The position numbers and the translations under genes were made by a program. Below, piece after piece: positions 31,201 to 39,478 of a stretch of 64,000 nucleotides of DNA. Position 1 is the stretch's first letter; the number at the start of each line of letters is the position of its first letter. Location of the stretch: contig JBBIRD010000001.1 in the NCBI GenBank assembly GCA_037441965.1, positions 2,255 through 66,254 on the forward strand, read 5' to 3'. The DNA is from Candidatus Moraniibacteriota bacterium (lineage in GTDB: Bacteria; Patescibacteriota; Minisyncoccia; Moranbacterales; UBA1568). Under the pieces are notes generated by a model, which was given only the letters and a program-made list of their open reading frames with translations, searched no databases and was not told the origin of the DNA.

Positions 31201-31230
31201 GAAACAGATCGGTATCGGTCTGTTTTTTTA
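31201..31230 (+). terminator. Intrinsic terminator
   Basis: AAACAGATCG/CGGTCTGTTT hairpin plus T run. Confidence 0.55.
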
Positions 31231-31311
31231 TTTCAGAAAGAAGATGTTCAGACCTTGAAGAAAAAGGGCATTTCAGGTAGAGTAAGAAAGTGATATGTAA
31301 TATACGTCTGT

Positions 31312-33762
31312 ATGAAAAAGAATATTCAATCAGTCTATTGTCCAAAGAAAATAGAGGAGAAATGGCAAAAAGAATGGAGGAAAAATGGTCATCCAAAGAC
31401 AAAAGGCAAGAATGGTACATATTATATTCTTGATATGTTTCCTTATCCATCAGGAGATGGCTTGCATGTTGGACACGTAGAAAATTTTACTGCAACAGAC
31501 ATCGTAGCTCGTTTCAAGAGAATGAATGGATACGATGTGCTTCATCCGATGGGTTGGGACGCGTTCGGATTACCAGCTGAGAATTTCGCTATCAAGACAG
31601 GTATTCATCCTCAGAAGAAAACACTGGAATGTATCAAGAACTTTAAGCGTCAGATGCAGTCTATTGGGCTATCGTATGATTGGGAACGAGAGATTAATAC
31701 TTCGAATCCAGAGTATTATAGATGGACACAGTGGATGTTCCTTTTTCTGTATAAGAACGGACTTGCTTATAAGAAAAAAGCAAAAGTGAATTGGTGTGAA
31801 GCCTGTCATACAGTACTGGCGAATGAACAAGTGATCGATGGTAAATGTGATCGTTCGGGTGATATTGTGGTGCAGAAAGATCTGGAACAATGGTTTTTCA
31901 AGATTACTGATTTTGTCGAAGATATGCGTTCCAAAAGTGGCAAAAAAGTTTCTGGTCTTCTTTCAGGATTACAAAAGATTGATTGGCCATCTTCAACTAT
32001 TTCAGCACAGGAACATTGGATCGGACGAAGTGAAGGAACGGAAGTGATATTTCCTCTTGCTCATACGGAAGAAGCGATAAAAGTTTTTACAACTCGAGTA
32101 GATACGATATTTGGATGTACCTATGTTGTGATCGCTCCTGAACACCCATTAGTAAAAACACTGGAATCTCAGATCGAAAACATTGAAGCGGTTCAGAAAT
32201 ATCTTGCCATAACAAAAAGAAAAACTGATCTTGAACGAACAGAATTAAACAAAGAGAAAACAGGAGTGCAATTGATTGGAGTAGAAGCGATCAATCCTTT
32301 TAATGGTAATAAAGTCCCGGTATATGTTGCTGATTATGTATTGGGAACATACGGTACTGGCGCAGTGATGGGGGTGCCTGCACACGATGAACGAGATTTT
32401 GCGTTCGCCAAAAAATATGCATTGCCTCTTATTGAGTCAATTATTCCATTGCAAGCGAAAAAAGAAGAATGCTTTACGGGTGACGGAGAACTTATTGATT
32501 CAGGAGTTTTTACAGGAATGACATCAAAAGAAGCGAGAGCGCAGATGTCAGTATGGTTGAAGAAAGAAAAAATGGGAGGCAAGCGCGTACAGTATCGCCT
32601 CCGTGATTGGCTCATTTCGAGACAAAGATATTGGGGAGCTCCTATTCCAATTATTTATTGCGATGATTGTGGTGAGGTTCCTGTTCCAGAAAAAGATTTG
32701 CCAGTGAAGCTTCCAAAAGATGTTGATTTTAGGCCAACTGGTGAATCTCCATTGGTTCGTTCTCGAGATTTTCATAAAGTGAAATGTCCAATCTGCCGAA
32801 AGAATGCCCGTCGTGAAGTTGATACAATGGATACTTTTGTTTGTTCCAGTTGGTATTATCTCCGTTTTACTGATCCAAACAATAAGAAGAAATTTGCGGA
32901 CGCAAAGAAACTCGCGAAGTACCTCCCAGTTGATTTCTATATGGGTGGCGCAGAGCATACAGTTCTCCATCTTTTGTATGCACGCTTTTTCACTAAAGCA
33001 CTTGCGAAATATGAATATACCAAATTTGATGAGCCTTTTCTCAAACTCCGTCATCAAGGTATGGTACTCGCTGAAGATGGTCGCAAGATGTCTAAATCAT
33101 TAGGAAATGTTATCAATCCCGATGCCGTTGTACAAGAACTTGGTGCAGACACTCTTCGTTTGTACGAAATGTTTATGGGCCCTCTTGAAGATATGAAAGG
33201 CTGGAATACTGGAAGCGTCATTGGTTTACGAAGATTTCTTGATAAAGTTTGGCGGTTACAGGAAAAGGTGGACATTCAGAATCAACAGAAAACATCTCAA
33301 AGAGTACTGTCTGGATTGCTCCATAAAACAATCAAGAAAGTTACTGAAGATATCGAAGAATTAAAATTCAATACAGCTATCAGTACTTTGATGATTCTTG
33401 TGAATGCTTTGGAAAAAGAAGAGACGTTGCCACGCAATGTTTATGAGGTACTACTTGCTATGCTTTCTCCTTTTGCTCCGCATATCACAGAAGAACTGTG
33501 GCATATAATGGGGAATAAGAAGTCTCTTTCTCTCGAAAAATGGCCAAAGTGGGATAAAAGAAAAATTATTGAAGAACAGTCGTCAATTGCTGTACAAGTA
33601 AATGGTAAGGTGCGATCAATACTGATTCTTGCGACAGGAAGTACTGAAAGAGAAGTGAAAGAAAAAGCGCTTGCAGATCCAAAAGTACAAGCGTATACAG
33701 AGGGCAAAGAAATTCGAAAAATAATTTATATCGCAGATAAAATATTGAGTATTGTTGTCTGA
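31312..33762 (+). CDS. leuS: Leucine--tRNA ligase
   Basis: MFPYPSG..LHVGH, GTGAVMGVPAHDERD and KMSKS. Confidence 0.98.
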   Translation: MKKNIQSVYCPKKIEEKWQKEWRKNGHPKTKGKNGTYYILDMFPYPSGDGLHVGHVENFTATDIVARFKRMNGYDVLHPMGWDAFGLPAENFAIKTGIHPQKKTLECIKNFKRQMQSIGLSYDWEREINTSNPEYYRWTQWMFLFLYKNGLAYKKKAKVNWCEACHTVLANEQVIDGKCDRSGDIVVQKDLEQWFFKITDFVEDMRSKSGKKVSGLLSGLQKIDWPSSTISAQEHWIGRSEGTEVIFPLAHTEEAIKVFTTRVDTIFGCTYVVIAPEHPLVKTLESQIENIEAVQKYLAITKRKTDLERTELNKEKTGVQLIGVEAINPFNGNKVPVYVADYVLGTYGTGAVMGVPAHDERDFAFAKKYALPLIESIIPLQAKKEECFTGDGELIDSGVFTGMTSKEARAQMSVWLKKEKMGGKRVQYRLRDWLISRQRYWGAPIPIIYCDDCGEVPVPEKDLPVKLPKDVDFRPTGESPLVRSRDFHKVKCPICRKNARREVDTMDTFVCSSWYYLRFTDPNNKKKFADAKKLAKYLPVDFYMGGAEHTVLHLLYARFFTKALAKYEYTKFDEPFLKLRHQGMVLAEDGRKMSKSLGNVINPDAVVQELGADTLRLYEMFMGPLEDMKGWNTGSVIGLRRFLDKVWRLQEKVDIQNQQKTSQRVLSGLLHKTIKKVTEDIEELKFNTAISTLMILVNALEKEETLPRNVYEVLLAMLSPFAPHITEELWHIMGNKKSLSLEKWPKWDKRKIIEEQSSIAVQVNGKVRSILILATGSTEREVKEKALADPKVQAYTEGKEIRKIIYIADKILSIVV

Positions 33763-33776
33763 TAGAGAGATATTGT

Positions 33777-34463
33777 ATGCAATGTATTATTCTTGGAGCG
33801 GGAAGAGGAGTGCGAATGGGAAAATTGACGGAATGTACTCCAAAGCCGATGCTTCCTATACTAGGCAAACCTCTTTTGGAGTGGAAAATAGCTCTTCTTC
33901 CAGAAGAGATTGATGAAGTTATTATTACTATCGGACATCTTGGCGAACAAATCGAAACATATTTTGGATACGAGTGGCAAGGAAGAAAAATAAGTTATGT
34001 TCATCAAAAAAATCTTGATGGTACGGGTGGTTCGATACGTTCAGTGTATGAATCAAAACAGCTCATTTTCCCAATCCTCGTGATTATGGGTGATGATTTG
34101 TATTTGACGGAAGATTTAGAGCGTCTTATGAAACACTCTCTTGCTGTCCTTGGTTGTGAGGTTTCAAATTCGAGTCAGTTTGGAGTGCTCTGTACTGATG
34201 AAACGGGTGCACTGATGCGAATTATGGAGAAACCTCATCCAGCAGAATACAAACTGGTGAATACGGGTGCGTATATTTTAAACGAGCATTTTTTTGAGTA
34301 TCCGCTCGTGCCCATTTCCGAAAAAGAATATGGGCTTCCGCAGACACTCGTACAAATGAAAGAAAAATATAACATTGTAGTAGAAAAAACAAATGTTTGG
34401 TTTCCTATTGGTACACCAGAAGCACTTGAAACTGCCCAAACAAAAATAAAGAGGTTTTTGTAG
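33777..34463 (+). CDS. Sugar-phosphate nucleotidyltransferase (NTP_transferase family)
   Basis: ILGAGRGVRM..PKPML, GTGG and MGDDL. Confidence 0.85.
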   Translation: MQCIILGAGRGVRMGKLTECTPKPMLPILGKPLLEWKIALLPEEIDEVIITIGHLGEQIETYFGYEWQGRKISYVHQKNLDGTGGSIRSVYESKQLIFPILVIMGDDLYLTEDLERLMKHSLAVLGCEVSNSSQFGVLCTDETGALMRIMEKPHPAEYKLVNTGAYILNEHFFEYPLVPISEKEYGLPQTLVQMKEKYNIVVEKTNVWFPIGTPEALETAQTKIKRFL

Positions 34464-34548
34464 ATATAATGTGTGAATGTTTTTTTCTCTGGTCACGCTG
34501 TGTGAATGATGATACAATGAGTACATTCTTTTTTTTAACACAACGAAA

Positions 34549-35220
34549 ATGCGTACGAGTATTACTGATTATCTTACTTTAGAGAAGCCACTTATTGTTT
34601 TTGATCTTGAAACTACCGGACTTGGTATTGGAGAAGATAAAATTATTGAATTGGCATACGAAAAGATTCTACCGAATGGAGAAATTATTCCTTATTGTCA
34701 GCGTATCAATCCTGGAAGACCGATTCCAAAAGTTTCAAGCAGTATCAATGGTATCTACGATGAAGATGTGGTGAATATGCCGAGTTTTGCAAAATTATCG
34801 TACGAGCTTTGGAGCTCTTTCGAAGGATCTGATTTGAGTGGATTTAACATTACTGGTTTCGATCTCCCATTTCTTCGTGGGGAGTTTGCTTCTGTTGGGA
34901 AAACATTTGATTTTTCTTCCAAAAAAATTCTTGATGTCAAAGTACTCTATCATAAAATGGAAGCTCGTGATATGTTTGCTCCAAGAAATCTATCAGCTGC
35001 GTATAAATTATATTGTAACAAGGATCATATCGATGCGCATTCAGGAGCAGGCGATGTCCGTGCCACCGTAGAAATTTTAGAAGAACAATTGAAGAGATAC
35101 CCGGAGTTTCGTAATTGGGATTATATTGCTGATTTGCACGGAAATAAGAAACTCCTTGAATCTGTTAAAATGGAACATTCTCCTGTTGTTACTGAAGCAT
35201 CTCTTGGAACACTATTTTAA
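34549..35220 (+). CDS. DEDDh 3'-5' exonuclease (DnaQ-like)
   Basis: FDLETTG, GFN..FDL and AHSGAGDV. Confidence 0.88.
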   Translation: MRTSITDYLTLEKPLIVFDLETTGLGIGEDKIIELAYEKILPNGEIIPYCQRINPGRPIPKVSSSINGIYDEDVVNMPSFAKLSYELWSSFEGSDLSGFNITGFDLPFLRGEFASVGKTFDFSSKKILDVKVLYHKMEARDMFAPRNLSAAYKLYCNKDHIDAHSGAGDVRATVEILEEQLKRYPEFRNWDYIADLHGNKKLLESVKMEHSPVVTEASLGTLF

Positions 35221-35225
35221 ACACT

Positions 35226-35720
35226 ATGAATACTCTTATTCTTTTTGGCGCAGAATATCTTTACCTTGTTGTTGTGATTTTTTCGTCTTTGTATATATGG
35301 CGTCAATCACGAGAGATGCGGTGGAAAATACTTCTTTGTATGAGTATTGCTTTACCTCTTACTTATATTGTAGCGAAGATTTTTAGTCTTTTTTATTATA
35401 ATGCTCGACCTTTTGTTGTTGATCATTTCACTCCTCTATTAGCACACGCAAACGATAATGGATTTCCTTCGGACCACACTCTTTTAAGTAGTGCTATCGC
35501 AATAAATATCTTCTTTTTTCAACGAAGGCTCGGTATAGTACTTCTGATCATTTCTGTTATGGTAGGTACGGCGAGAGTTTTTGCGGGGATTCATCACAGT
35601 GTTGATATTGTAGGAAGCATTCTTATTTCTGGAGGAGTTGTTTCTCTTGTCTTTTTTTCTCTCTTTCCGAAAATATGGAGTATCTTCTCTCAAAAATATT
35701 TTTCATCTACTATCAAATAA
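35226..35720 (+). CDS. PAP2-family phosphatase (BcrC-like undecaprenyl-diphosphatase)
   Basis: RPF, FPSDH and ARVFAGIH..D; hydrophobic protein. Confidence 0.85.
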   Translation: MNTLILFGAEYLYLVVVIFSSLYIWRQSREMRWKILLCMSIALPLTYIVAKIFSLFYYNARPFVVDHFTPLLAHANDNGFPSDHTLLSSAIAINIFFFQRRLGIVLLIISVMVGTARVFAGIHHSVDIVGSILISGGVVSLVFFSLFPKIWSIFSQKYFSSTIK

Positions 35721-35723
35721 TCT

Positions 35724-36572
35724 ATGGCACTCATATATGGAAAACCGATAGCAGATATGATTTCTGCAGATACAAAAAGAAAGATGGTCCTTTCTGGTAT
35801 AGTTCCTGGTTTAGCAGTGATTTTGGTGGGGGATGATGCATCATCACATCTGTATGTCAATCTCAAAGAAAAAGCAGCGCAGAATATCGGTGTTCATTTT
35901 GAGAAATATATTTTTTCAAAAGATGCCGATCAGAAAGTGATCGAAGAATGTATTGATACGCTTAATATACGAGAGGACATACACGGTATTATCGTGCAAC
36001 TCCCGCTTCCAGAAGGATTTGATACTGATGCAATTATTACTCGCATCGATCCGTCGAAAGATACAGATGGATTTCACAAAGAAACGGTAAAAAATTTCCT
36101 TTTAGGAGATAAAGAATCATGTCCTGTTTTTCCTTTAGCTATTCTTTCTCTTCTTCGGTCTGCAGGCGGATATCGTATGTTTGATAACGCAGTTGTTATT
36201 GTTAATTCTGTATTGATGGGAGAAGTGATGACACAAGCGCTTCTTCTTGAGGGATTACGAGCGGAATATATTTTGAGTAACGAATCAAAAGAGTCTATTA
36301 GAGAGAAAACAAAAGAAGCTCAGGTTATTGTTTCGGCTTCCGGGAAAGCAAATTTTATTACTGGTGATATGATTCAGGCGAATAGTATTATTATCGACGG
36401 AGGCATTAGTCATATTGAGAATAAGATTGTCGGTGATGTAGAGAGGTTTACAGTTGAGAATAAAGCACGATTCCTTTCACCTGTTCCAGGAGGAGTCGGA
36501 CCAGTTACTGTTGCAACACTTCTTGATCGTGTTACTGATATGGCTCTTCGCTCATTGACAAAGAATGATTGA
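35724..36572 (+). CDS. folD: Methylenetetrahydrofolate dehydrogenase/cyclohydrolase
   Basis: YVNLK, IIVQLPLP, KDTDGFH and PVPGGVGPVT. Confidence 0.92.
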   Translation: MALIYGKPIADMISADTKRKMVLSGIVPGLAVILVGDDASSHLYVNLKEKAAQNIGVHFEKYIFSKDADQKVIEECIDTLNIREDIHGIIVQLPLPEGFDTDAIITRIDPSKDTDGFHKETVKNFLLGDKESCPVFPLAILSLLRSAGGYRMFDNAVVIVNSVLMGEVMTQALLLEGLRAEYILSNESKESIREKTKEAQVIVSASGKANFITGDMIQANSIIIDGGISHIENKIVGDVERFTVENKARFLSPVPGGVGPVTVATLLDRVTDMALRSLTKND

Positions 36573-36583
36573 TTCTTTATCAT
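36555..36583 (+). promoter_or_regulatory. Sigma70-type promoter for tRNA-Leu(CAA)
   Basis: TTGACA-17 bp-TATCAT. Confidence 0.65.
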
Positions 36584-36605
36584 TCCTTCAAGAGAAAATA
36601 AAAAT

Positions 36606-36691
36606 GCCGAGGTGGTGGAATGGTAGACACACGGGACTCAAAATCCCGCGATAGCAATATCATGAGGGTTCAAGTCCCTCCCTCGGCACCA
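36606..36691 (+). tRNA. tRNA-Leu(CAA), CCA encoded
   Basis: GCCGAGG/CCTCGGC acceptor stem; CGGGA-CTCAAAA-TCCCG anticodon arm; long variable arm; TTCAA T-loop. Confidence 0.96.
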
Positions 36692-36961
36692 AGACAAAAC
36701 TTTTTGGCTTTTTGGGAACAGAACTTGGGTGGCACGGAGTGCTACTATGTTGTTTTTTCTCACAAATCCTCTTCGTTTAACAATCTCAAAAAAATCTTTG
36801 CTTTTAGATGTGTGTGCTCTTGATTCTTTCTAAAAATGAAAGGTTTTTTTCTTTGTGGTTTTGTCTTCCAAGTGTTCAAGTAGTGTGGCAGAACTTCAAT
36901 AGGAATAAGACAAAACGAAATTTGTTTTTCTGGAAAGAACTATAAAGTTACATTGTAAGTA

Positions 36962-36990
36962 TTGACAGAATAGATAATATGTGCTATTAT
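36962..36990 (+). promoter_or_regulatory. Near-consensus sigma70 promoter for the small ORF at 37105
   Basis: TTGACA-17 bp-TATTAT with TG extension. Confidence 0.7.
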
Positions 36991-37104
36991 TGAACCTTAG
37001 TTTAAGGTGATGAAAATCCCTTAAATGAAAGAATGTTCTTTTTAAATTACCTCATACGTGAACGACTCATATCGAGTACGGCGTAGAGGTATAAGGAGAT
37101 TATA

Positions 37105-37305
37105 ATGCAACAAGTGATATTTCAATCGTTAGTCCTGTTCATCGTTTTGAACGGACTGGTGATCATAGTAGGCGGAACCTGCCTGGCGGGAAGGATGAAC
37201 CGCTGGTTAGGAACCGTTTTGCTTCGTGCGACGCGTGGTATCCTCAGCTGGTTTATCCGGCTGATAGCGGATATTCTGCGTGCGATCGCAGAAGGAATTC
37301 GATGA
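37105..37305 (+). CDS. Small hydrophobic/amphipathic membrane protein, 66 aa
   Basis: TAAGGAG SD, its own promoter and terminator; TM helix followed by an Arg-rich amphipathic helix. Confidence 0.7.
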   Translation: MQQVIFQSLVLFIVLNGLVIIVGGTCLAGRMNRWLGTVLLRATRGILSWFIRLIADILRAIAEGIR

Positions 37306-37311
37306 ATGCGT

Positions 37312-37353
37312 GAAAGCGAGTTGGGTCAGAGTACTCTTCTCGCTTTTTTCTTT
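37312..37353 (+). terminator. Intrinsic terminator
   Basis: AAAGCGAG/CTCGCTTT plus T tract. Confidence 0.55.
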
Positions 37354-37476
37354 GTGTATGTTTATTATAGTGCGGTAATTGCCCCTCTTATTATTTGAAT
37401 GATTGATAGTTATTTGCTGATAGACTATAATAGAAAAAGAGAGAAATAAGATTGTTTTATTTGCGGATTTTTTTAT

Positions 37477-38280
37477 ATGGCAAAAGTAATTGGATTTATC
37501 AATCAGAAGGGTGGGGTAGGAAAAACTACTTCGACAATTAATGTTGCAACATATTTAGCGGAAGCAGGGAAGAAGGTTCTTCTTGTTGATCTGGATCCTC
37601 AAGGGAATGCTTCTTCTGGTTTAGGGATCAACGCTAAGAGTCTTGAGAAAAATCTTTACCATGTGATGATTTTGGGTAATTTGCCTCAAGAAATTATTTT
37701 GCGTACGGAAGTAGAAGGTCTTCATATTATTCCTGCAGCACAAGATCTGGCTGGCGCAGAAGTTGAGATGGTGCATATTGAAGGGCGTGAGTTTCGTTTG
37801 TATCAGGCATTGCGTCATATTCAATCGTATTATGATTATATTTTGATCGATAGTCCGCCGTCGCTTGGTCTTCTTACTATCAATGGACTCGTAGCAAGCG
37901 ATGAAGTGGTGATACCAGTACAAACAGAATACTATGCTCTTGAAGGATTGTCGCAACTTTTAGGAACAATTGAACTTGTGCGTGAACATTTGCAACCAAA
38001 ATTAAGAATTATGGGAGCGCTTCTTACGATGTATGATAGACGCAATCGCCTTGCTCGTCAGGTGATTTCTGAAGTAAGAGCTCATTTTCCTGGACCAGTT
38101 TTTGAAACAGTTATACCGAGATCTGTCAGACTTGCAGAGGCGCCAAGTTTTGGAAAGTCAATACTTGACTTCGACGCTTTCTCTAAGGGCGCTCGTGCGT
38201 ACAAGAGTGTTGTTCGTGAGATATTAAGGCGTGATGCTGAGGAAGAAGAACAAAAAAAAATCAATGGAAGTAATGTATAA
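37477..38280 (+). CDS. parA: Chromosome partitioning ATPase ParA/Soj
   Basis: NQKGGVGKTT, DLDPQGN, EYYALEG and LAEAPSFG. Confidence 0.96.
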   Translation: MAKVIGFINQKGGVGKTTSTINVATYLAEAGKKVLLVDLDPQGNASSGLGINAKSLEKNLYHVMILGNLPQEIILRTEVEGLHIIPAAQDLAGAEVEMVHIEGREFRLYQALRHIQSYYDYILIDSPPSLGLLTINGLVASDEVVIPVQTEYYALEGLSQLLGTIELVREHLQPKLRIMGALLTMYDRRNRLARQVISEVRAHFPGPVFETVIPRSVRLAEAPSFGKSILDFDAFSKGARAYKSVVREILRRDAEEEEQKKINGSNV

Positions 38281-38343
38281 ATCTCAAGATGTGTTTCTCT
38301 ATCGTATATCTAAAAAAATATTTTACATTCATATAACAACATT

Positions 38344-39354
38344 ATGTCACAACAATATGGACTAGGGAGAGGATTAGCTTCTCTGATACCACCGAAAAAA
38401 GATACAGATACGCATAACACTCCTTCGCAGTCTTTTTCGGATACTCTTATTCATCCTTCGAATATGCCGTTTCCTCAGAAAGAAGAGAGAAAGTCCATAC
38501 AAGAGAATTATACTAAAGAAACAGATGGACAAAACATTCTTTCTTCATCTTCAAGTCATCTTGATACAGAGAATAAACAGCGTTCCGTGGTAGAAATTCC
38601 TCTTGGGAAAATTGTGCCAAATCCACATCAACCACGCCTTCAGTTTGATGATGCAAAATTGACAGAATTAGCAGAATCTATCAAAGAACACGGTATTCTT
38701 CAGCCACTGGTAGTTACAAAATCCGGTAATGATACGTATGAAATTATTGCTGGAGAGCGTCGTTTTCAAGCATCGAAGAAAGCTGGTCTTGATACTGTTC
38801 CTGTATTGGTGCGTGATGCGACGGAACAAGAGAAACTGGAATTGGCTATTATAGAGAATATTCAGCGTCATGATCTGAACCCTATCGAAGAAGCAAAAGC
38901 ATTTTTACGCTTACAAGAAGAGTTTGGTTTGGGACAAGAAACAGTAGCGAAGAAAATGGGCAAAAGCCGTAGTGTCGTTTCAAATACTCTGAGACTTCTC
39001 CATCTTCCTATCGAGATACAAAGAGCCATTTCCGAAGGGAAAATTAGTGAAGGACATGCAAAAGCATTACTTTCGATAGAGAATCCTGAGAAACAAAGAG
39101 CTGTATTTGAATTGATTTTGAAGGAAGGACTTACGGTACGTGAAACAGAAATCAAAGTGCGGAGTGTCGCTGTTGGATCACATATTCGAAGTTCTGTCGT
39201 GTTACATCCAGAGATTCTTTCTCGTACTGAACATCTGACGGAAATATTGGGTACAAAAGTGAAGATTGCTCCTTCTGGTAAGGGAGGAAAAATTATGATT
39301 GAATACTACTCTCCGGAAGATCTCGATGGTATTCTTCGTCGTTTGGAGGAATAA
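38344..39354 (+). CDS. parB: Chromosome partitioning protein ParB/Spo0J
   Basis: GLGRGL, PNPHQPR, AGERRFQA, ENIQR and an HTH. Confidence 0.96.
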   Translation: MSQQYGLGRGLASLIPPKKDTDTHNTPSQSFSDTLIHPSNMPFPQKEERKSIQENYTKETDGQNILSSSSSHLDTENKQRSVVEIPLGKIVPNPHQPRLQFDDAKLTELAESIKEHGILQPLVVTKSGNDTYEIIAGERRFQASKKAGLDTVPVLVRDATEQEKLELAIIENIQRHDLNPIEEAKAFLRLQEEFGLGQETVAKKMGKSRSVVSNTLRLLHLPIEIQRAISEGKISEGHAKALLSIENPEKQRAVFELILKEGLTVRETEIKVRSVAVGSHIRSSVVLHPEILSRTEHLTEILGTKVKIAPSGKGGKIMIEYYSPEDLDGILRRLEE

Positions 39355-39478
39355 GAGAAAAAGAAAAAAGAGAAACCTTTTGTTCTGGGGATTTTTTTAT
39401 GCTCTTCTCCTTGCTCTCTTTGCAAATGTGTTCTAAAATACGATTAAATACTCTATTTTTTTAATCGCATTACATTGT

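Noticed and set aside
36620-36823. 67-aa ORF here and 61-aa ORF at 52437-52622
   Set aside because: Both overlap tRNA-Leu genes.
36606-37476. Integrative element at tRNA-Leu(CAA)
   Set aside because: No integrase and no duplicated tRNA 3' end found by eye.
39130-39147. CGTGAAACA resembling parS inside parB
   Set aside because: Only a half-site of TGTTTCACGTGAAACA; no palindrome.
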